NCBI GenBank assembly: GCA_965208835.1
Contig: OZ242358.1
Location: 448,001-512,000, forward strand
DNA length: 64,000 nucleotides
Reading direction: 5' to 3'
DNA from: Candidatus Latescibacterota bacterium
Lineage (GTDB): Bacteria; Latescibacterota; UBA2968; GCA-2709665
Each line of letters opens with the position of its first letter. Within the stretch, counting starts at the first letter, position 1. Shown here one piece after another: positions 40,489 to 47,826 of this stretch. The notes beneath the pieces were generated by a model that did no database searches, was not told the origin of the DNA, and saw nothing but the letters and a program-made list of their open reading frames with translations. A program made the position numbers and the translations under genes.

Positions 40489-40526
40489 TTACGTTTTGCC
40501 ATTGCCGCGCAGTGAAACGCGTTTTC

Positions 40527-40570
40527 AAAAAAGACAGACCCCCTGGGGAAACTGAATCTCCCAGGGGGTC
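40527..40570 (-). terminator. Probable terminator of the RDD gene
   Basis: GACCCCCTGGGGA...TCCCAGGGGGTC hairpin with an A-tract to its left. Confidence 0.6.
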
Positions 40571-40596
40571 ACATGTGTGTTGTCCGGAAATTCGTT

Positions 40597-41058
40597 CTAA
40601 TTCTCCTCGCGATCTTCTTTATTAACGATTATACAACCAGCAATCATATCGTGAAGGGTCTGCTTTCGTTCAGTAAACGCCGCCATAACATAACCAATAT
40701 AGGCAGTCATTCTGGAGATCATCTTTGCAAAATGACGACCGGAAGCTCGCGCAAACGAAATACGGTTTCCCTTGAGATCGGTAACTACAATGCCGAGAGC
40801 CAACTTGCCTAACGTGGCTTGTAGACTGGAAGATTCCATTATGGCATAGTATAGCCAATCAATGGAGAGATAGCAGATCAGGAAGCCGATCATCACAGTA
40901 ACAAAAAATGCATCTCCTGCGAGAAATGCACCCGCCGTACGCGTACCGAAGTCATAGAACCAGGCGCCCAAAGCAGCATATATTCCAGCAAATGTCCCGG
41001 TAATCAACACGTCAACAATAGCTGCTGCAAAACGCTTCCAGAATCTTGCAAGGGTCAT
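40597..41058 (-). CDS. RDD family membrane protein
   Basis: FWKRFAAAIVD, QATLGKLALGIVV, KQTLHDMIAG; AGGAGG RBS; lower GC than the flanks. Confidence 0.9.
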   Translation of the reverse strand: MTLARFWKRFAAAIVDVLITGTFAGIYAALGAWFYDFGTRTAGAFLAGDAFFVTVMIGFLICYLSIDWLYYAIMESSSLQATLGKLALGIVVTDLKGNRISFARASGRHFAKMISRMTAYIGYVMAAFTERKQTLHDMIAGCIIVNKEDREEN

Positions 41059-41429
41059 CTTTCGCCTCCTGCGGTATCTAACCTTGATTTGTAAGTCTTC
41101 GGGAACGATAATTCGAATATGTGCTTGTAAATAAAGGCGATTAAACGGCGGATTACCAGGATACACCAGGTCACTGGACGTCAAGGGAAAAGACGTCATT
41201 CCATACGTCGATATTGCCCCGTTTAGGAGGGTTTTATCGCGTCGCCGCGTTGCAGTTTTTTTCGGATTGAGGATGATGCCACCTCAAACCACGGTTACCG
41301 TGAGTTTAGACAACAAGGTATCTTCGTTTGTTTCAAGATCAAAACAGCTCCGACACCTGCTGAACCAGGTACCGTCCCGTTCCACGGATCCGACGGAATG
41401 GAAATCCGCAGGATTGACGTCTTAGCGGG

Positions 41430-41465
41430 GACGTCGACGTCATCAGTCCTTGGGAACCGCAGTGA
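41430..41465 (+). pseudogene. 3' relic of a vapC/PIN gene
   Basis: DVDVISPWEPQ* matches DVRVINPWERR* of 42889-43308, with the same 15-nt distance to the next REP. Confidence 0.6.
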
Positions 41466-41480
41466 CCTGGAGAGAAACCA

Positions 41481-41667
41481 GGGCACCCACAAGGGGTGCC
41501 CCTACACCATCACGGTCGGTCGTGGATGAATGAGGAGGAGAGGTACAGGCGAATTGGGGGAACATTCTGCACCGATTGAAATCCGCTGGATTGACAACAA
41601 ATGTTGCGATGTCTAACCACCTGCGCGGAATTGTACGAATTGTAAGGGGCGCCCCTTGTGGGTGCCC
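41481..41667 (+). repeat. Junction J2: REP(-) 41481-505 / 136 nt / REP(+) 41642-67
   Basis: Same layout and core as J1, J3 and J4. Confidence 0.9.
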
Positions 41668-41693
41668 GCCTGTCTTTTGCCTCGCTTGAGAGC

Positions 41694-41728
41694 TTGACAT
41701 CGCCCGATAAAGTAATTACTATAATTAC
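41694..41728 (+). promoter_or_regulatory. mazEF promoter with overlapping palindromic operator
   Basis: TTGACA-N17-TACTAT; GTAATTA-CTA-TAATTAC at 41712-41728. Confidence 0.7.
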
Positions 41729-41770
41729 ATAACGTCCTTCATAGTTTAAATCCAACCAGAGGTCAGCAAT

Positions 41771-42013
41771 ATGGCAATCCGGGATGTCAAACTTATCGCT
41801 ATTGGCAACTCCAGGGGTATTCGGCTACCGAAAGCTGTGCTGCAGAAATACGGATGGGGAGACTCGCTCGTAATGGAAGAGACCGAACGAGGGATTTTGC
41901 TTTATGGGAAAGAACGTAACAAGCTGTCCTGGAAGGAAACATACCGCGAGATGGCCGCTGAGAATGAAGACTGGAGCGACCTCGATGCGACGATCTCCGA
42001 TGGTCTGGACTGA
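41771..42013 (+). CDS. mazE: AbrB/MazE-family antitoxin
   Basis: KLIAIGNSRGIRLPKAVL; acidic C-terminus; TGATG coupling to the toxin. Confidence 0.88.
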   Translation: MAIRDVKLIAIGNSRGIRLPKAVLQKYGWGDSLVMEETERGILLYGKERNKLSWKETYREMAAENEDWSDLDATISDGLD

Positions 42014-42345
42014 TGTCCACATTTCCCCGCCGATACACGATATATTTGGCCGACCTCAATCCCACCGTCGGTGGAGAAATCCGAAAGGTTCGCCCGGTTG
42101 TGGTCGTCAGTCAGGATGAGATGAACAGGTTTCTGGATACGGTAGTCGTCTGTCCTCTTACCTCGTCGCTCCATCCTCATTGGCGGGCTCGAATGCAGGT
42201 CGAATGTGCAGGCCGAGAGGCTGAGATTGCTGTGGACCAGATTCGCACCATTAGCAAACAGAGACTTAAGCAACGAATTGACAATCTGTTCGCCGACGAA
42301 GCGGCGCAACTCCGCCGCCTCATCACCGAGATGTACGGGGAATAG
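42013..42345 (+). CDS. mazF: PemK/MazF-family endoribonuclease toxin
   Basis: LADLNPTVGGEIRKVRPVVVVS..VCPLTS..DQIRTISKQRL. Confidence 0.92.
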   Translation: MSTFPRRYTIYLADLNPTVGGEIRKVRPVVVVSQDEMNRFLDTVVVCPLTSSLHPHWRARMQVECAGREAEIAVDQIRTISKQRLKQRIDNLFADEAAQLRRLITEMYGE

Positions 42346-42551
42346 CGACAATCATGGGAAGCTGTGGATTCAACTGGAGCAGTCAACACAGTCGCTCGAA
42401 CTGAGATTGGGGTTCTCCTGCGATATAAGGGCTCGTGTATACCGCAGCGAATCTGACGTAAGAAAATCGGCATGGTCGATTCGTCGACTGGTCTGGCCGG
42501 TCCTCATTGATCGAGGATCGGCTTTTATGTGGTTCTCCTGCACAGACCGCC

Positions 42552-42589
42552 TTGATTTTAGGATGAACATAGACTATATTGGACTATAT
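42552..42589 (+). promoter_or_regulatory. Promoter/operator of the phd-vapC pair
   Basis: TTGATT-N17-TATATT with GACTATAT direct repeats at 42572 and 42582. Confidence 0.55.
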
Positions 42590-42607
42590 CTGTCGAGAGG
42601 AGATAAA

Positions 42608-42892
42608 ATGACCATAGAATATGGCAAGCCAGGCCGGGTCTGGACGGTCGCGGAGGCCAAGGCGCGCCTGTCGGAAGTCCTCCGCCTTTCCGTAGACGAA
42701 GGCCCGCAGCGCATCGGTGTGCGAAGGGGGTACGTTGTGGTGCCGGAGCACGTATGGAAGGCTCAATCGTCACCGCGCAAGCCGCTCGGCCAGTGGTTGA
42801 TCGACAACATGCCGCGCGGCGCGAATCTCGACATTCCTTCCGATCGAATGTCCCGGCGGGAGATCCCGTTCGCCGACGGAGGCGCAGTGTGA
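42608..42892 (+). CDS. Phd/YefM-family antitoxin
   Basis: WTVAEAKARLSEVLRLSVDEGPQRI; start reset to MTIEYGKP. Confidence 0.85.
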   Translation: MTIEYGKPGRVWTVAEAKARLSEVLRLSVDEGPQRIGVRRGYVVVPEHVWKAQSSPRKPLGQWLIDNMPRGANLDIPSDRMSRREIPFADGGAV

Positions 42893-43308
42893 ACGGGTTT
42901 CTCCTGGATACCAACGTTGTCTCGGAACTGACCAGGGCCGAGCCGGACGGGAACGTTATGGCATTCCTGGCTGCGCATCATGATCTGTGGCTGTCCGCCA
43001 TCGTGGCGCATGAACTGGAATTCGGATTGCAGTTATTGCCTCACGGTCAGCGGCGTGACCTGTTGAGCGCCGCGCTGTCGGGGATCTTCACCGAATACGA
43101 GGACCGTGTCCTTCCTGTCGACAAGGAAGTGGCAGAGTGGGCCGCTGTCTTTCGATCGCAGGCGCATCGAGACGGACGGATGCTGGATCTTGGGGATGCA
43201 CTCATCGCCGGGACCGCCCGGGCCCACGATCTGTCGGTTGCAACCAAAAACATCGCCGACTTCATCGGCCTGGACGTCCGCGTCATCAATCCCTGGGAAC
43301 GGCGGTGA
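42889..43308 (+). CDS. vapC: PIN-domain (VapC) toxin
   Basis: FLLDTNVVSE, ELEFG, DALIAGTA, TKNIADF..INPW; GTGA overlap with the antitoxin. Confidence 0.92.
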   Translation: MNGFLLDTNVVSELTRAEPDGNVMAFLAAHHDLWLSAIVAHELEFGLQLLPHGQRRDLLSAALSGIFTEYEDRVLPVDKEVAEWAAVFRSQAHRDGRMLDLGDALIAGTARAHDLSVATKNIADFIGLDVRVINPWERR

Positions 43309-43323
43309 ACAAGAAATAAACCA

Positions 43324-43643
43324 GGGCACCCACAAGGGGTGCCCCTACACCTTCACGGTCGGTCGTGGATGAATGAGGAGGAGAGGTACAGGCGAATTGG
43401 GGGAACATTCCGCACCGATTATCATCCGATGATTTGATAACATATGTTGTAAATCCCAACCACCTGCGCGGAATTCTTCCAATTGTAGGGGTACCCCGTG
43501 TGGGTGCCCGCCTCCCCCGACATCCGTAAAATTACCTGGGAATACACGTTGGTAGGGGCACCCCTTGTGGGTGCCCGCGTGTCTCGACATCCGCATAATT
43601 GCCTGGGACAATACATCCGTAGGGGCGGCCGTTGTGGGCGCCC
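43324..43643 (+). repeat. Junction J3 plus three direct REPs at 67-bp period
   Basis: REP(-) 43324-48, 136 nt, REP(+) at 43485, 43552 and 43619 with mutually similar linkers. Confidence 0.9.
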
Positions 43644-43767
43644 TGCCTTTTTTTGTGCCAACGAATCCTTGACATCATGCAGTAAAGTAACTATATGAAT
43701 TCTGTAGCCGAAAGAATTCAGCAGGGGTCCGCAGAAGTTGCGGGCTAATCCAGTGTATGGAGGAAAT

Positions 43768-44052
43768 ATGATTCGACCAACCGATGTCGAACCGCGAAGC
43801 GGCCACCGAATCTGGCTTCGTTTCTCGGACGGCGCCGCCGGAGAAATCGACCTGTCTGAACTCGCCGGCCGTGGTGTATTCGAGTCCTGGAACAGCCGAA
43901 CCTTCTTTGAGAATGTGCAAATAACGAAGAACGGGGGTGTCGCCTGGGGTAAGGATGTCGAACTGTGTCCGGATGCTCTTTATTTAAAGCTTACCGGCAA
44001 ATCCGTAGAGGATGTAATGCCGGATGTAAAGGCTCTGCTGGAAGATGCCTGA
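43768..44052 (+). CDS. DUF2442-family protein (putative antitoxin)
   Basis: IWLRFSDGAAGEIDLS..GVF..VAWGKDVELCPDALY. Confidence 0.85.
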   Translation: MIRPTDVEPRSGHRIWLRFSDGAAGEIDLSELAGRGVFESWNSRTFFENVQITKNGGVAWGKDVELCPDALYLKLTGKSVEDVMPDVKALLEDA

Positions 44053-44305
44053 GCTCTGCCGCTTCTACGGAATTATCATACGAATATACTTCGACGATCA
44101 CGCACCTCCTCACTTCCACGCAACCTATGGCCAAGAGGAGGCGGTCGTCGGCATTGATAGTTTGACCGTTTTGCAGGGGCGTCTACCGCGTCGGGCTATT
44201 GGGCTGGTTGTGGAGTGGGCGTCACTTTATCAGGACGAGCTACGGCAAGCCTGGATTCGGGCGAAGCGCCTCGAATCGCCGGGAAAGATCGCACCTCTGG
44301 ACTGA
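44045..44305 (+). CDS. DUF4160-family protein (putative toxin)
   Basis: MPELCRFYGIIIRIYFDDHAPPHFHA..VVEWA..IAPL. Confidence 0.9.
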   Translation: MPELCRFYGIIIRIYFDDHAPPHFHATYGQEEAVVGIDSLTVLQGRLPRRAIGLVVEWASLYQDELRQAWIRAKRLESPGKIAPLD

Positions 44306-44379
44306 TCTGGCGCTACCTTTTCTACACATTTGCCACGATCTTTGTACGTCCGATTTTCGGCAGCTCTGACTTTGCGGCT

Positions 44380-44555
44380 TCCGCGGGGTTTGCTGACAGG
44401 ACTGCACGGCGGATTCTGGTTGTCTTGTGCGAAGGGGATGTGGACTTGACCCGATTTGGTGGAGCGAGCGCGATGAGGTACGCATTGAGCTTGCCGCATA
44501 ACTGTCGGAGCTATTTTTCTCATACCAGGCAATTGCCAACCGGAAGCCTTCAATT
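44380..44555 (-). pseudogene. Possible decayed ParE/RelE-type toxin
   Basis: FRLAIAWYEKNS..LHQIGSSP then, after a frameshift, RIRRAVLS; weak resemblance. Confidence 0.35.
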
Positions 44556-44598
44556 CGTCCCCTACTCCACGCACGTGTACTATATTATCCCGACGATT

Positions 44599-44636
44599 TA
44601 CTCAATACGTTGAGTATTTTTTCTCAATGCATTGAG
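44599..44636. promoter_or_regulatory. Tandem palindromic operator-like sites
   Basis: TACTCAA-TACG-TTGAGTA (44599-616) and CTCAATGCATTGAG (44623-36). Confidence 0.5.
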
Positions 44637-44696
44637 TAATCCGTCATTTTGGCGTTTGCGAGGCGGAGACCTGTTGTGCCATCGGCATAGAAACGA

Positions 44697-44948
44697 GGGC
44701 ACCCACAAGGGGTGCCCCTACACCATCACGGTCGGTCGTGGATGAATGAGGAGGAGAGGTACAGGCGAATTCGGGGAACATGCCACACAGATTATCATCC
44801 GATGAATTGAGAACGAATGTTTCAATTTCTGACCACCTGCGCGAAATTATCCCGGTCGTAGGGGCGCCCCTTGTGGGCGCCCGCCTGCCTTGACATCCAC
44901 ATAATCGCCTGGGATGTGCATTTGTAGGGGCGTACCTTGTGGGTGCCC
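44697..44948 (+). repeat. Junction J4 plus a second direct REP
   Basis: REP(-) 44697-721, 136 nt, REP(+) at 44858 and 44924. Confidence 0.9.
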
Positions 44949-45106
44949 TGTCTTACCCAGAAACTGGTGAAAATCCTACATGTCGGCACGTTGCTTGCAA
45001 CACCGAAAACAGGTCCACGAGATGATTGGATTTGCAGGAACGCCCCATGTAGCCGCCACAGCGAAAACCTGGTCAAACCCGAGGGTCGCCCTTTCACGGG
45101 AGAATC

Positions 45107-45715
45107 GTGTACGATCCGGAAATCCACCATCGCCGGTCGATGAGACTGAAGGGATACGACTATTCACAGGCAGGGGCGTACCTTGTAACTGTTGTCGCAC
45201 AGGGCCGGATGACGCTGTTTGGCGACGTGGTTAAAGGTCGGATGCAGTTGAACCCGGCCGGAGAAATGGTCCAACGAATATGGATTGAAATGCCTACTCG
45301 ATTCCCACCAATCGTTATCGACACATTTGTCGTCATGCCAAACCACTTACATGGAATCATCATTCTGGCAGGTGTGGACCTTGCGGGCACCCCAAATACC
45401 AACGAATGTTCGGACGTCGATATAAAAACCAGGGGAACAACATGGGTCGCCCCTACAGAGGATGGTCGCACAAGACTGGGGAATGTGGTCGGCGTATTTA
45501 AATCACTGACAACGTTGGGATATACGCGTGGCGTGCGCGATATGAACTGGCCGCCGTTCCACCGACGGTTGTGGCAGCGGAACTTCTACGAACATATCGT
45601 TCGGACCGACGCGTCATTACAGAAATATCGCAAGTATATTGTCGACAATCCCGTACAATGGCCATTTGACCGGGAGAACCCGAGGGCCGCAAGTCCCATG
45701 TTGCATTCGCCATAA
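45107..45715 (+). CDS. rayT: REP-associated tyrosine transposase (RAYT/TnpA-REP, Y1 HUH family), apparently intact
   Basis: HHRRSMRLKGYDYSQAGAY, VVMPNHLHGI (HUH), LWQRNFYEHIVR, YIVDNP (catalytic Tyr); flanked by REPs. Confidence 0.9.
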   Translation: MYDPEIHHRRSMRLKGYDYSQAGAYLVTVVAQGRMTLFGDVVKGRMQLNPAGEMVQRIWIEMPTRFPPIVIDTFVVMPNHLHGIIILAGVDLAGTPNTNECSDVDIKTRGTTWVAPTEDGRTRLGNVVGVFKSLTTLGYTRGVRDMNWPPFHRRLWQRNFYEHIVRTDASLQKYRKYIVDNPVQWPFDRENPRAASPMLHSP

Positions 45716-45754
45716 TCATCGATATTCCGGCTATCGCCTCAATACGCGCAACCA

Positions 45755-45992
45755 GGGCACCCACAAGGGGCGCCCCTACACGGTACGGGGTATACAATTT
45801 TCGACCAGATCGGATGAACGAATGAAATTGTAGGGGCGTCCCTCGTGGGCGCCCGTCCTTCCAGGATGCAAACGTCGCCACCACGAAAACCAGGGCACCC
45901 ACAAGGGGTGCCCCTACACGGAACGTGTAATACAATTACCAACCGGATCGTATGGATGATTGAAATTGCAGGGGCGTCCCTTGCGGGCGCAC
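45755..45992. repeat. BIME-like alternating REP array (138-bp period)
   Basis: REP(-) 45755, REP(+) 45830, REP(-) 45893, REP(+) 45968; the two 50-nt linkers are similar. Confidence 0.9.
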
Positions 45993-46032
45993 GGTCTTCC
46001 GATTATCTTTTTTGAAAAACGGAGAAATTTCG

Positions 46033-47022
46033 ATGCCCGAATCGATATTGGAAAGACTGAATGAGGGGGTGGTGCTGGGGGACGGGGGGTACCTGCTCGC
46101 CCTGGAGAACCGGGGCTACGTTCAGGCCGGGCCGTTCACGCCGGAAGTGACGATTGAGAATCCCAACGCGCTTCTGGCCCTGCACGAGGAATTCGTGCAC
46201 GCCGGCGCGGAGGTGCTGCAGGTACTCACGTTCTACGCCAGCGAAAACAAGCTGGCGCAGACCGGCTACGCGGGGAGGCTGGAAGAGATCAACCGCGCGG
46301 CCGTCAGGATCGCCCGCGAGGCCGCGGCCGGCAAGGCCTTGGTGGCCGGAAATATCTGTCTCACGTGGAAGTACCCCGAATCCGAGGACGAATGCCGGCG
46401 GCTGTTTGACACCCAACTCGGCTACCAGATGGCCGAAGGCGTCGACTTCATCATCGGCGAGACGTTCCTCCACGTGGGCGAGGCTCTCATCGCCCTCGAA
46501 TGTGCCCGAAAAACCGGCCTGCCCGCGGTGATCACAATGGCATTCGAAGGCCCCGAGACGCGGGACGGAAAAACTCCGGGTGAGGCCGCGCGCATGCTGG
46601 AGGGCGCGGGCGCCGACGTCGTGGGCGCAAACTGCTGGCAGGATCCCACTTTCATGCTCCCCGCCATCGAGCAGATGCGAGAGGCGGTAACCTGCCACGT
46701 GGCCGCCCAGCCGGTCGCCTATCGATGCACGCCCGAAGTGCCCTTCTTCACCGGCCAGCCGGGCTTTCCGGACAAGCTCGATTCGTTCAAGATCAGCCGC
46801 TACGAAATGGGCGATTTCGCCCGCAAAGCCTTGGACCTCGGCGTGAATTTTATCGGCGGTTGCTGCGGCTGCGAGGGTTCGCACGTCCGCCAGATGGCGC
46901 GCGCAATCGGCAAGATGCCCGCTGAAGAGCGCGAATGGGACGCGGACTACGGGAAACCCCAGTCGGCGACAGAAGCGTACAGAGATATCCGGGAGCAGTC
47001 CGGCGCCGCTCCCGGGGGATAA
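46033..47022 (+). CDS. Homocysteine S-methyltransferase family, betaine-homocysteine methyltransferase-like
   Basis: GDGGYLLALENRGYVQAGPFTPEV, GANC, IGGCCG. Confidence 0.85.
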   Translation: MPESILERLNEGVVLGDGGYLLALENRGYVQAGPFTPEVTIENPNALLALHEEFVHAGAEVLQVLTFYASENKLAQTGYAGRLEEINRAAVRIAREAAAGKALVAGNICLTWKYPESEDECRRLFDTQLGYQMAEGVDFIIGETFLHVGEALIALECARKTGLPAVITMAFEGPETRDGKTPGEAARMLEGAGADVVGANCWQDPTFMLPAIEQMREAVTCHVAAQPVAYRCTPEVPFFTGQPGFPDKLDSFKISRYEMGDFARKALDLGVNFIGGCCGCEGSHVRQMARAIGKMPAEEREWDADYGKPQSATEAYRDIREQSGAAPGG

Positions 47023-47061
47023 TCCGGGCGCATTGCTACGACCGGGTCAAGCCCGGCCGAT

Positions 47062-47826
47062 TCAACGGGCCCGCCACTCCCAGCAGGTCACCCTGTATCC
47101 CCTTCCCTTCAGCGCGACGGCCCCTACAAAGCCGTTCCCGGGCGCCAGTGCGCGCATGAACCATTCGGACGGCGCCACCGGATTGTCGTCGATGCGCAGC
47201 ATCGCCGCGGGCGCTCCCGGAGTCAGGGAGACTTCGAATCCGTCCAGCGGGCAGGCCAGTCCCGCTCCCAACGCCTTGATATACGCTTCCTTTCGGGTCC
47301 AGCAGTTGAAGAACGCCTCGTAGTGGACCTCCCCTGGCAGCGCCTGGATCGCGGCGACTTCACCCGGTGCAAAATAGCGCCCCGCCAGCCGCAGGTGCTC
47401 CTTCACCTGACGGATGCGTTCCACGTCCACACCGATTTCCCTCGCTTTGATCACCGCGAGTAGACCCAGTTCGCCGGAGTGGGAGAGGTTGAAGCGCAGC
47501 CGGTCGCCATCCGAACCCTTTTTCAAGTAAGGTTTGCCCCGCCATCCATAGCCGAACTCCAGCCGCCGGGGGGCGAGCCCGACGTACAGCCCCAGGATGC
47601 TCCTGAGCGACGCACGGCCGACAATAAAACGCGCCCGGTGTCTGTCAAAGACAAACCGGGCGGCGCGGGCGGTTTCGTCTTCGGAAAGCACGCCCCGCAT
47701 TTCCTGGACCTCTGCAGCCGGCCGGTCCAGATTCATGCGCCAGACCTGAATCTCATCGTGCGACGCCACCGGACACCCGGGCGGCCGGCGCCAGATATCG
47801 GATGTCGATCGGTTGAGCCGGGTCAT
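47062..47826 (-). CDS. Sfp-type 4'-phosphopantetheinyl transferase
   Basis: [28 protein letters not shown]; ATGA overlap with the upstream gene. Confidence 0.9.
   Translation of the reverse strand: MTRLNRSTSDIWRRPPGCPVASHDEIQVWRMNLDRPAAEVQEMRGVLSEDETARAARFVFDRHRARFIVGRASLRSILGLYVGLAPRRLEFGYGWRGKPYLKKGSDGDRLRFNLSHSGELGLLAVIKAREIGVDVERIRQVKEHLRLAGRYFAPGEVAAIQALPGEVHYEAFFNCWTRKEAYIKALGAGLACPLDGFEVSLTPGAPAAMLRIDDNPVAPSEWFMRALAPGNGFVGAVALKGRGYRVTCWEWRAR

Larger units (their letters stand above)
40265..45992. mobile_element. RAYT/REP locus with REP-bounded cargo array
   Basis: 15 good GTAG REPs, two degenerate intragenic REPs, four REP-136nt-REP junctions, three TA pairs, an RDD gene and a RAYT gene. 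Confidence 0.8.

Noticed and set aside
43485-43643. CRISPR-like geometry (25-nt palindromic repeat, ~42-nt spacers)
   Set aside because: The spacers are homologous to each other, the repeats are GTAG REPs found in both orientations, and there are no cas genes.
45034-45095. Possible further REP pair just upstream of RAYT
   Set aside because: Too degenerate to count with confidence.
40175-45942. Small ORFs containing VGAPLVGA / GTHKGCPY / RAPTRGAP
   Set aside because: These are translations of REP sequences, not genes.
40265-45992. Classical integron or IS200/IS605 element
   Set aside because: No tyrosine-recombinase integrase, no recognisable attC sites and no tnpB; the enzyme has RAYT motifs and multiple REPs.
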